Below are positions 1 through 11,108 of a stretch of 64,000 bases of DNA, in pieces. Position numbers and translations under genes: made by a program. The notes under the pieces are model-generated. The model ran no database searches, was not told where the DNA came from, and saw only the letters and a program-made list of their open reading frames with translations. Source of the DNA: Lama glama (Eukaryota); contig CM052817.1 in the NCBI GenBank assembly GCA_028534125.1, positions 15,998,001 to 16,062,000 on the forward strand, read 5' to 3'. Positions within the stretch are counted from its first letter, which is position 1, and each line of letters begins with the position of its first letter.

Positions 1-292
1 GTCTTTTACACTCCTCAGGCAGTGCTCTGGAGGGGAAAAGGTAAGGCTTTCCACACAGGCAAGTATTTTAAGCCCTACTGAGCACGAAGTTCTCAGAGGA
101 CCTACCCACAGCCTGCAGGATCACTGCTTCCTAATTTCCCTGGGTGATTCCTGATGACTCAGCAAGAGCCTACATCTTAATTCTTGCACGAACGGTATCA
201 CTCGAGTTCCAGGAGTGAGTATTAAGGCCGGAGGACCTCAATACCACTGACTAGTTATGTGACCTGGGGCAATTTTCCTAAGTCACTAAGCC

Positions 293-487
293 TTTTTGTT
301 TTAATTGAATTATAGTCGATTTACAATTTTGTGTTAATTTCAGGTGTACAGCATAATGATTCATATTCATATTCTTTTTCATTATAGGCCATTAAAAGGT
401 ACTGAATGCAGTTTCCTATGCAATCTAGTAGGACCTTGTTGTTTATCTATTTTACACATAGTAGTTAGTATCTGCAAATCCCAAACT
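293..487 (-). mobile_element. Young L1 3' UTR fragment (cetartiodactyl/camelid type)
   Basis: T-rich tail then ttaattgaattatagtcgatttacaat...ggaccttgttgtttatctatttta...tctgcaaatcccaaact, the reverse complement of the L1 3' ends at 19390-19600. Confidence 0.85.
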
Positions 488-659
488 ACTTCTCTACAGC
501 AGAAATTGTTATATGAAAATGAGCATATGTGTGTAAATTATTTTATAATTTGGTAATATAAAATATTTTAAAACTAATGATTAATTTAGATGCTGAACAA
601 AGATACACCATCCCTCTCTGTCAAAATCTCTCTTTGTGCTTGATGCCCTTACATCGCAC

Positions 660-818
660 ATTCCGCACTGGGTCCCTAGGGTTGCTGTAACCGAGTACTA
701 CAAAGAGGGTGGCTGAAAGACAACAGGAATTTATTCTGTCATAATTATGGGAGGCTTAAAGTCTAAAATCAAGGTGTCAGCAGGGCCATGCCTTCTCACA
801 GCTCTAGAAGAGGAATTC
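660..818 (-). mobile_element. MaLR LTR fragment (MLT1-like)
   Basis: agggttgctgtaac...caacaggaatttattctgtc...gtctaaaatcaaggtgtcagcagggccatg is typical MLT1 sequence. Confidence 0.8.
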
Positions 819-1290
819 TGTGATGGTAAATTGTATGAGACAACTTGACCAAACCACAAGGTATCCACATAATTGGTTAAATATTATTTCTGGGTGTGCC
901 TGCGAGGGTGCTTCTGGCTGGGACTGGCATTTGAATTGGTAGACAGTGAAGTGGATTGCCCTCCCCACTGTGGGTGAGCATCATCCAGTCTACTGAGGGT
1001 TTGGATAAAGCAAAAATACAGAGGAAAGAATACTTGCTCTCTCTGCCTGTTTGAGTGCAGACATCAGTCGTCTCCTGCCTCAGGTTGGGGTTTACACCAT
1101 CAGCTCTCCTGCTCCTCAGTCTGGAACTTACACCATCAGTTCTTTTGGTTCTTGGCCTTCAGACTCGGATTGGAACTACACCACCAGCTTTCCTGGGTCG
1201 CCAATTTGTAGACAGCAAATTGTGGGACTTTCCAGCCTCCAAAATCACAAGAGTCACTTCCTTCTTCTCTCTCTCTCTCTCCATATACAT
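819..1290 (+). mobile_element. ERVL LTR (MLT2-like)
   Basis: Starts tgtgatggtaaattgtatgagacaacttgac; contains attatttctgggtgtg, catcatccagtc and ttgtgggactt...cagcctcca. Confidence 0.85.
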
Positions 1291-1469
1291 ATATGTATAT
1301 TATTATACCCTAGATATTCTAAGATAATCCTGATTACAAATATGTTGGCCCCACAGCTTCACTTGTGCATGTCTAAATACATGTCCCAATACTGGTTTCA
1401 GAAACAGGCTCACTATAAAATATAGGAATCAAAAGAAAAGAAAATGGGGTGTTTTGTTCTTCAAACTCT

Positions 1470-1850
1470 TCACTTTGCTTCATAAAGTCTTTCTCCCACT
1501 CTGTTTCCTCTCTCAGTGAATGACAGTTGGGTGTTCTTAATCCTTTTATCCTCTCTGTCTTCTTCACTCCCAGCCACTAATTCGTAACCCTGTCCATTCA
1601 AACTCTTCCACATTTCTCAAATCAGCCTCCTCTTCCCCATCCCTCACACCACTCCCTTGGTTGGGACTCATTGTGTTTCAGATTATTCAGATTACTTGTT
1701 AACTTGAATGTGTGGCCCCATCAATTCTTCTTCTGCCAGATTGATCTTTCTAAAATGCAAACTTGGTCATTCATTAGCTTTATTTACCTCAGTGACTACC
1801 TAGTGCCTTCAGGACTAAATCCAAGATTCTCAGCATGCCATATGTGGCCA
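1470..1850 (+). mobile_element. L2 fragment
   Basis: Degenerate L2 motifs (atctttctaaaatgcaaact, ttcaggactaaatccaag). Confidence 0.55.
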
Positions 1851-1884
1851 ATACTGCTGGCTATGGGTTCATCAAAACTCATTT

Positions 1885-2252
1885 CCTCTTCTCCTGGGTG
1901 TACAGCTGGTGGTCATTGACTAGCTATCCTTGCAGTTAGTTGTGACCATGTGAGTGTGTTTTTAGACGATGCAACATTAAACAAAATGACATTTGCTATA
2001 TCCAATATGGTCCATAAAAGTCTCCACCATGCTCTCGCTTCCCCAGTCTGCCTCTGGATGCAGAGGGGCTGCTCCAGGGCTCTGGGGAGGGGACCCTAGG
2101 AAATGGTAGAGCCATGAGATGGAGGAAACCTAGGCTTCTTACATGATATTGAAAGCTACCTGCTACTTGAGTGAGGTATTCATTTCTATTATATTAAGTT
2201 GCTATGGTGTGATAATTACTACAGCCATGTGTGTACTCTGACCAATATAACA
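1885..2252 (+). mobile_element. ERVL LTR (LTR33/LTR16-like)
   Basis: ccttgcagttagttgtgaccatgtga, ggtccataaaagtctcc, gagccatgagatggaggaaacctagg; ends ctgaccaatataaca. Confidence 0.65.
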
Positions 2253-2414
2253 TTTGAGGTTCTCATTTTTCTAGCCCCTACCTACCTCTCCTATCTCATC
2301 ATTCATCCATTATTCCTTTGCATCCTATACCATCTTTTTGCTTCAGGGAACTACTATAGTCCTCCAAACTCATTATTTCCCTCTTGACTTTGGTTTCATT
2401 AGAGTAATGCTCTC

Positions 2415-2585
2415 TCTACTTAAAAGAACCCTATAGGATAGACTAGTCTTTATTCTTTTTTTACATATAAGGAAACTTAAGTCTTAGAAAAGTTAAGATC
2501 CTTGTCAGATTGCCAACTAGTATGTAGCTGAGTCACTATCTGAACCCAAGTAGATGAATACAGGATCCCTGCACTTAACCATTAG
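2415..2585 (-). mobile_element. MIR SINE
   Basis: MIR core ttttacatataaggaaacttaag. Confidence 0.65.
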
Positions 2586-4018
2586 TTCATGAATCAATAA
2601 ATGCTTTGTAATGAGTCCTTCTCGGCCAACAGCAGAAAAGTCCTCAAGGTCTAGTGATCGCCAGGCCCATCCCAGGACACTCTGAAGGCTCAGACATCAT
2701 TCAGAAATTCTATTCATGAACACAAAGAGAAGCTATATAATCTCCCATGCTTAATGTCACTCTTAATCTTACAGGGCAGAAAGTTAATAACATCATTCCT
2801 TGGAGGTAACATAAACACTTAAAATGTGTTCTTTCCAACTCTTCAGCCTTTACACTTCACTTCCTGCCTTTTCTGGTTCAGTGTCATTGAACGTAGTGGG
2901 TAAATGGGCAAATATATATCTCCAGACCATACTGAGCATGTCTTTTGATGTGCTCAAGTTCCAAAATGAATGTCACTTATGTTACAACCTCTCATGTGCT
3001 TAGAAGTATTAGCAATTTCCCTTTTCCTTTGCTATTTTTTTTCTCTAGGCTATCTATGCTATATTACTTCAATCTCTCTTCGTACAGTAAGTCATGCCCT
3101 CTAATCCATTTATCATTCTCCTCGTCCTTGCTGGCAGTATTTCCTTTTCATCTTTTCTTGAAAGCAAAATGGTGCCTTAACAAATGCACACATATACAAA
3201 CATGCACTTCACAATCTCAGGCGTTCCAGAACCGGTCTTTCCATCAGAAACCTCCCTTGACAACAGCTGACATAATTTGGGGCCTGCCTCTTCCTCAGCT
3301 CTGCTCTTCAGTCAACCCTTCACTTTTCTACCTAGATCTGACCTCATTTTTGCCTGATTATCTTCAATAATCAGAAATGGCTCTTTGATCTGCTATAATA
3401 TACATAAGTAAACACATTTTATGGCTCATTTTTTTTTAACTCAAGAATTCCAAAGAGTGATGAATATAAGTAAGGACAAAAGGACCCTTGCAGCACCCTG
3501 TGAAAGTCAGAGTTCAGACAGGGTTCAAGCCAGTCTTCCCAATACTGATGAAATGTAGCTCATCCCAAATGGTGCCTTTGAGAACTTTGTCCACACCCAA
3601 CCTGAGCCTAGAGAATTTATGAAGGACAGAAAATTTTTTGCATAGCTATTTATCTTTTTATAACTTCCTCCAAGCTGTCCACAGATCATATTTTCCACCC
3701 AGTGTTACACTCCAGTCTTAGACACCAACTTCTTCCAATCTATCAGGCAATTAATTTGACAAACTAATGGAAATTAAAGAAAAAACTTCCTATCTTTAGT
3801 CAACATATGACATCTCTGAACCTCAGTTTGTTCATATGTAAAATGGAGATGGTATACTGCTTTCTGTATCTCTGCATGTAGGGAACTCTCAGTTATTATA
3901 TTTGCTTGTTATAGTGACAATACATTAATTTTTACAGTCTCTTCCCTTAATCTTTCTATCCCCAAGGAAAATTCTAGTATTGGTATGTTCTCCTCCTATG
4001 AGGTCCTAGGCCATAATA

Positions 4019-4076
4019 TAGATAGATAGGTAGATAGGTAGATAGATAGATAGATAGAAAGATAGATAGATAGATA
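4019..4076 (+). repeat. (GATA)n microsatellite with GGTA variants
   Basis: Directly visible. Confidence 0.95.
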
Positions 4077-5489
4077 ATTAGAATAATGAGTGAAGGAAAA
4101 ACCCTGAGAAGGCCTGAAGAAAGGATTTACTCTGGAACAGAAGAAAGCTAATAGGCCCAGGAATAGGATAGAGGAATAAGGCAGTAGTTTCCTGGTGTGG
4201 ACTTGGGGGAAAGTCTAGGGAAGGATGGACAGAGGAGTATTTGAGGGGAATGGCTATTGTTTATCTGAAAGACAAGACAGGAAGAGAGGAAAGACGTTGT
4301 GGATATTAAGCGTGTCCTACTTCCTGAGCATCTGTTGGAGAGATAACAATGAAAACGTAAATCCATGTCAACGACTAGTTTCCTTTGACGTGAGCCTTGC
4401 CAAGGCTGCTCTTTGAGAGGTTTTTGGCTTTATGAAGACTGTATGTAGATTATTCACTTTTCCATTATCCAAGGCCATGGTTGGTTCCATCTTCCCCAAT
4501 CCAGAACCGCCCACTTCAACTTCTGCAGGCCCTTTTACGACACTGGCTCCCAACCTTAGTCAATGTCCACCCAGGGATTTCGGAATGACATTAGCAAATA
4601 TAATTAGAAGTTCTGTTCTCCCACTGTGAAGGGGACGGGACAAGCACAGAAGCACTTCAAAAGCAAACCCATAGTTTGCGGATTATCCCCAAATTTGATT
4701 CATCTGAACTCTCTTCCATAAGCGTGTTTAATCAAGGACTGACTGTGTGGAGAATTGCATATTTCCATGGTTTCTAATGTTCATTCTCTGGTTTTTCTGA
4801 AGCTTCTTTTTTTTTTCTCATGAATTACTCTCTCGTTAGCTATTTAAGAACCCTTGGAATAGACAACATGACCTTACTGATTTGTATGGTATAGTTTAGT
4901 GACTAGAGTATTCTTTTATTTAGCCTCTTATGTAGCTTCCTGACTCTCCCACCAAAAATCTCCTTGACTCTGCCTGCTCTAAGCTTCTCCTCTGTGTAAT
5001 TTAGTTAAAGGGATAGGCCAATTAATTGCAAATTCATCCCTCAAATCACAGTTCTCTAGTAGCCTGGCTTCCCTCTTTACATGAAGTGGCCTGTCTGGCC
5101 TCTTGTTCTCCTTCACATTCTAATTCTACAGCATAGGAGAAATATTTGAGTTGTGGTTGTTCTTGGCATTGTGGAATCTATTTCTGCGAAATGCAAATTG
5201 TCCAAGGCAAGTCTGATCCTTAAACACTCATTAAATTAACAAAAGCAATTTTATCAGCCTTTTTACCAAATCCAATAAACATTTCATTTAGAACCTAGTC
5301 TTCTTACAGAACTCTATTCATTCATTCAAATGTTTTACTGAATTCCAGGTAGTGTACTAAGAACAAGGAATATGACAAAAGATATGGCTCCTGTTCCCTG
5401 GAAAGGGGTTTCAAAGGATATATCTTCATGTTTGAAAAAAGATGGAACACATTTTTTAAAGGCTATCTTCCATCATAAGTGATACAACA

Positions 5490-5730
5490 GTAATGACGGC
5501 TTTTTATTGTGCACTCACTCTACACGGCTCTCTCTGAGCTAAAGGCTGTTATCTCCAATTTTTTTTTGATACTCACTACATCTTATAAGTTAAGTGCTAT
5601 TATCACCCCCCACCCCATTCTACAGATAAGAAATAGAGGATCAAAGGAAACGAAGGCACTAGCTTAAACTAAATAGCTCACCAGTGGCAGAACTAGAATT
5701 CATGTCTTCAGTGTCTGCATTCTTAAGTTC
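5490..5730 (-). mobile_element. MIR SINE
   Basis: ctattatcacc...cccattctacagataagaaatagagg. Confidence 0.65.
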
Positions 5731-5759
5731 TAAAAATGTAGCCTGAGCATGAGTGTGTC

Positions 5760-6260
5760 TGGCGAGTTGTAGGCACACAATCAATGCTCGGTTAACTGTT
5801 GGTAAGAAGAGGGGCTGGGAAGACAACAATGTGGCTTAGACAGCAAGTGCGAGCCGAGGAGCAATGGGGACATGCAGGCCGAGGGAGTGGCTGTGGCCGC
5901 CTCTGGAGGCCAGGGGATAGAATGAGCTCTGATACCTGCAGAGAAGGGGGAAAGTCACCGAGGGCTTCTGAGCAGGGAAGAAACTTGGCGAGTGCGTCAG
6001 CCTGGGACAGCCGTTCTCAGCAGTGACGGGCACAAAGTATTGAAAACTGGAAGTCTCGAGATTAATTACAAGAAAAGAACAGCAGTCCCTGGGTGGGATA
6101 ATAAGAGCTGAACGAAGAGGACGGGCATCACGGAAAAACAACGGTCAAGGTTTGGATACGGGGCTTTGTTGGAGGGCGTCCACAGCGATTCTGAGGATCT
6201 GAAGCTCATGACTATCGCTGTCATCACAGAAAATCATCTAAGTCAGGGAGAGGTGTCAGT
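5760..6260 (-). mobile_element. L2 fragment
   Basis: Purine-rich degenerate L2 body (ggaaagtcaccgagggcttctgagcaggga). Confidence 0.5.
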
Positions 6261-7079
6261 TTGGGCTTGACAAAATGGGTGGTTCACAACAGGCACTCAC
6301 AATGAAAGGATGAATGAATGGATGAGTGAACGGATGAGTGAATGACACGTTTTTGAGAAACTGAGGTGGAGGGACCAGCAGAGCCTCCCAAGTAGAATCA
6401 GATGCCACAGAATTGTCCCTGGAAACAGCCTACATTCTCTGTGTGCTTCCTTTTTTTTTTTTTTTTTTAATTTGCCCCTGTCGTAGCCAAGCAGAACTGC
6501 TGTCCCTCAGTTTTTCCACATTATCTTTATAACTCTCCTTCTGAGCTATAATAATTAATATAATAAGAATAAGAGGAAAAGATAATGTGGTAAATAAATA
6601 TTCAGATACATAAATGTATGGAAGTAATTCCCAAGACACCTCCCTGCTGTGCAGCCAGATATAAATGTATTTTTTCAATCCAGCACGATTTCTCATTCTC
6701 TGAGAATGAGAAGTTCTCTGGTAACAAGTGGCCCAGCCTACACCTCTATCCAGTCAACGCGAGGTTTTGTAACGCTCCTTCAGAATGTAAGTCAAATACA
6801 GGACCCAAAGGGTTATGCGAATAATCTAAGGAATTAGTCTTACCGTTGTGGCCTGGCCATGAGGCATATGTGAAAAGGGCAAAATAGAAGAGGAATTGGA
6901 ATAAAGTGGCTGAAAAGTCACATTCATACAAGTCTAGGCACCAGCTTTGACAACCACTAGTGCCTTAGGAACAATGGGAAAAAGTAACACAGGGTCCATC
7001 AATCCTAAATCCCTGACACCATTAAAAGTGGAATTCCAGGTGGACCCACCCATCCATCCAAACACTATCTTTACAGTGA

Positions 7080-7310
7080 ATAAGAATGAAGGTTTCAAAG
7101 TCAGACGGAGCTGAGCTTCAACCTCAGCCACTTTTGCCGTTAACCGAGAGACGGCACAGGAGATGCTTCGCTCCCCTGCACCTCAGTTTCCTCCTTTGTA
7201 ATGTGGAGATAAAGCCTCGGGTTCGTTGTGAGGATTAAATAAGATAATGTGCTCAAACTCAGCATCTGCCTGGGGCGCAGTGAATTGCTCAATAAACTGC
7301 AGCTGCTATT
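7080..7310 (+). mobile_element. MIR SINE, near full length
   Basis: cctcagtttcctcctttgtaa...gttgtgaggattaaataagataatgt...gctcaataaa. Confidence 0.85.
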
Positions 7311-8399
7311 TACACCATGATCGGACTGCGCCTGGTACCCAGGAGAACGCAAAAAAGTCCAAGTCTTGCTCCTTCAATCCCCCTACTCCCCACCAGCTGC
7401 AGCCAACCAACCCGCTAGCTGTGACGCTGCCTCAATCATCAGAACACTATGCAGATATAAAGGGGGCGAGAAAATGTGTGGAGTAAATGAGAAAAATATA
7501 CCCTAGTTCCTGGTCTAGCATCACGGCTGCTCTGGATTAAGGAGATTTGGGTCATCAGCTCACCAGTGTTGCTCAAAGCAGTGTCGACTCTCTAATGGAG
7601 AAGGGATTAGAGGACAGAACCAGCTATTGGAGGTACTGGAATTATAAGAATCTGAACGTGATTTTTAAGAAGAGATATCCTAAGAAGAAAAAAAAATGCT
7701 CATTTTTAGATACACAGTATTATTTGCTCCTGGAGATAGGTGGTCTCTGGGAGGGAATGTAACAGATTCCTTCTTAATATCTTTTCTCCAAAAAAAGAAA
7801 AAAAAATTATGTGGGCACTTAAAACACATGTTTGTTTGAGGAAGTAACCCATCTGAGATGACAACCTAACACTGATGTCCTGGGAAAAAAGGAGAGGTTT
7901 GGGGAGATGTTTATTCTACTTGAATTTTCAACTTTATGTTCTACGTATGTCTATTTCGGGTTTTTAAATACTGCTCTCTTCTCCCTGCCACTAATCTTAT
8001 TTATACTGTGGAATAAGTTACACTGTAGATGGGTGCTTGAAAATATCTTTTCAACTGAGTAAAAAAAATTACATAATTTACATTTTACGTACATATTTAA
8101 CCCTCTTGGTAAAAACATAATCTCACTCAACTGGCAAATGAGTTACTATTAACATACTTTATTAATAATAGGAGAAAGCTTATTTAAATTAAGAAATGCT
8201 CTCTCTTTAGAACTTGAAGTCAGTGTATAGCACCTAGCAGTTGTGCTATAAGGTATATTTCACAAGCTGTCTGAATCCAAGAAACGGTCATGAAATGAGT
8301 GATGCTTTTAAGCAGGAGGATGACTCTGCTGTAGCGGGAGTCGTTACTGCAGAAGTAACAATAGGAACTGTCACGGCAGCAGCAGTAATAGTAGAGTCA

Positions 8400-8620
8400 C
8401 AGTATTACTAATCACCACAGGCATTGTCCTAAACGTGTCATACACATCATCACATTTAAACCTTGCGACCCCCTGAATTTTTATTACTATCCCATTTTAC
8501 AGATGAAGAAGTTGGGGCACAACAAGGAGGTTAAGTATTGCCCCAGATCACACAGCTGTTAAGTGGCCGAGGTGGAATTTAAAGTGAAAAAGACTTAAGA
8601 ACCCAGGATGTTTAACACTT
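8400..8620 (-). mobile_element. MIR SINE
   Basis: tatcccattttacagatgaagaa...atcacacagct. Confidence 0.8.
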
Positions 8621-10149
8621 CTCTGGACCGTACCTCGTTGGCATGACTGCAGGAAGGTGAGCTCGGATTCCAGCCCGTGCCTGTGTGATTCTAGAATGCA
8701 CTCTCTGGTTATAAGATTTCAGTTGCTTTTTAGGAGGCCCCCATGTCCTGTGGGCAAATATTGTCCTGACAGACCAGTCTCATGATTTCAGAGTACATAA
8801 CCAGCCATCTTTATCCAAGAAATAGCTATCAATTAGGTCTGGGTAGTAATGGAAAGTAAAATACATGTGCATCCGGAAAGGGGTTCCATAGGCCTGACTT
8901 GAGAACCTTGCTCCTTTCCAGAGTGAAAGTGGGAGGGAAGAAAGGAAGGAGAGAGAGAAAAGAGAAAGGAATGAGAAAATGTTTACTACACAGCCATTAA
9001 GTGCCAGGAAAAGTACTGAGCACTTTACATATAAGAACTCACTGCACTGAAGCACAGAGTTCACAAAAAGAGACACAAACGTGATCAAAAGACCGTATTA
9101 ACACACAGAAAGATTAAGAAAACTAGTTTGACTTGTTTCCAACAAGTCAGCCACGTATTTTGCAGATTAGAGAGCTTTAGTTGGGAGAGATTCAATGCAA
9201 TGCCACAAGTTAACACTAAATCCGAGACTGGACCAGTCCCCTGGTTTTCCCTCTGCCCCAGTCTCCATGTTTACATTCAATTCAGGAGAGGCATCTTTGC
9301 TGCGTTCTCCGCTGGTGCCTGGCACCAGATCACATCTCAGCATCCCCAGGATTGATCAGTGACAGAGTCATCAATCTGAATCAGAGACACCCCTTGTCTG
9401 ACTGGACAAAAGGCAGTCATGGTGGGTACCAAGCTTGACTTTCTAATGTACATAAAAGATTTCACTTGCTCTCACTCTTTCTTTGGGGAGAAGAGGACGG
9501 ATATTATGAGCCAAACATTTGTATTCCCATTTTATAGACAAGAAAACTGAGTCTCAAAGAAGTGAATATATTTACTTAAGGTTACTTAGCTAGGAAGTGG
9601 CAAACTTGGGGCTCAGCTACAGGACTGCTATCACTGGTGGCAATGAAATGCGTATGTTTACGTGTAAGCCTTTTACCTTGGCTCTAAGGTAATACTCTCT
9701 GGGCTACCAATTCTTCTTTATAAAGACATGTTCTGCTTAGGCTGACAGAAAACAGCCACTCTCCCCCTGACCCTAGGAGGGTCACCAGGTTGGCTCCTAC
9801 TTGCCCAGTTAGGGAAATATTATGGTGCAGAGAATAAAGTGTTCCATTTTTGTTTAGCTTAGTTCTTTGTTTTCCTCAGAATACTAAAAGGAGACTATCT
9901 TCTTTGTGTTCATATACAATATGCAGAGCTCTGTTTCCTTGAGAAAGTATATGGCAATTTTAGCCATTAAATGAAAACTTAAAAGCCTCCAATTCTCTGT
10001 TGATACGCTGTCAATATAGCCAGAACAGGGAAACATAGAACAGGGACCTTATTTTTCCTAGAATGACTCTAATGGCAGCTAGATTTGAATTAACCAGCTG
10101 TGTAGCCTTGAACAATTTCTTTCACAACCCCAAGCCTCAATGTCCTGGT

Positions 10150-10332
10150 CTTTTTCCCCCTAACTGTATTTAAATATAATTGGCAGATACGTTTGTAAGA
10201 TATTTCAAGTGTGCCAAGTGATGACTTGATTTTTGTTTACATTGTGAGAGGATTTCCCCTCCGTTGAGTTAATAAACACATCCATCACCTCACATATTCA
10301 CCTCTTTTTTTGCGTGAGAACATTTAAGTTCG
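10150..10332 (-). mobile_element. L1 (L1MA/MB-like) 3' end inserted into a MIR
   Basis: T tail, then acattgtgagaggattt...taataaacacatccatcacctcacata. MIR halves at about 10075-10150 and 10334-10410; degenerate TSD tgtcctggtcttt / ttttctgatcttt. Confidence 0.8.
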
Positions 10333-10414
10333 ATTTTCTGATCTTTAAAATGAGGAAAATAATACTTCCCCCTGCCCAGGGTGGTTGTGAGGCATTCAAA
10401 GTTCTTAGGATAGT

Positions 10415-11108
10415 ACCTTGCACCTGATAGGATGGCTACTACCAAAAAGGCAGAAAACAACACGTGTTGGACAGCATGTGGAGAAACTGGAACCCTTGTG
10501 CTCTGTTGGTGAAAATGTAAAATGGTGTCACGGCTGTGGAACATCATATGGAAGTTTCTCAAAAAATTAAAAATAGAATTACCATATGATCCAGTAACTC
10601 CACTTCTGCGTATCTATCCAAATGAATTGAAAGAAGGACCTCAAAGAGAGATTTGATACCCGTGCTCATAGCAGTGTTATTCACAATAGCCAAAAAGTAG
10701 AAGCAACTGAAATGTCCATCAACGGATGAAAGGAAAGGCAAAGTGTGGTACACACATCTAGGGGAATATGATTTGGCCTTAAAAAGAAAGGAGATTCTGA
10801 TATATGCTACAATATAGCGGAACCTCAAAGGCATCATGCTAAGTGAAATAAGCCAGTCACAAAAATACTGTAAGATTCCACTTACATGAGAAACCTAGAA
10901 AAGTCAAATTCATAGAAAGTAGAATGGTGGTTCCCAGGAGCTGGAGGAACAAAGAATGGGGAATTATAGTTTAATTGGTTCAGAGTTTCAGTTTTGCAAG
11001 CTGAAAAGAGTTCTGGAGATGGATGGTGGTGATGGCTGCACAAACAAGGTGAATGTACTTAATACCACTTAAAAATATACTTAAAAATGCTTAAGATAAC
11101 CATTTTTT
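10415..11108 (+). mobile_element. L1MB-like ORF2 3' end and 3' UTR
   Basis: gagaaactggaaccc, aaatagaattaccatatgatccag, atgctaagtgaaataagccagtcac, gttctggagatggatggtggtgatgg. Confidence 0.92.

Noticed and set aside
1090..1195. Three repeats of tacaccatcag-like units, superficially array-like
   Set aside because: Internal repetition within the MLT2 LTR; not a CRISPR array or a novel repeat.
10290..10837. ORFs resembling 'hypothetical proteins' (also 18798-19076)
   Set aside because: Antisense translations of L1 ORF2 remnants.
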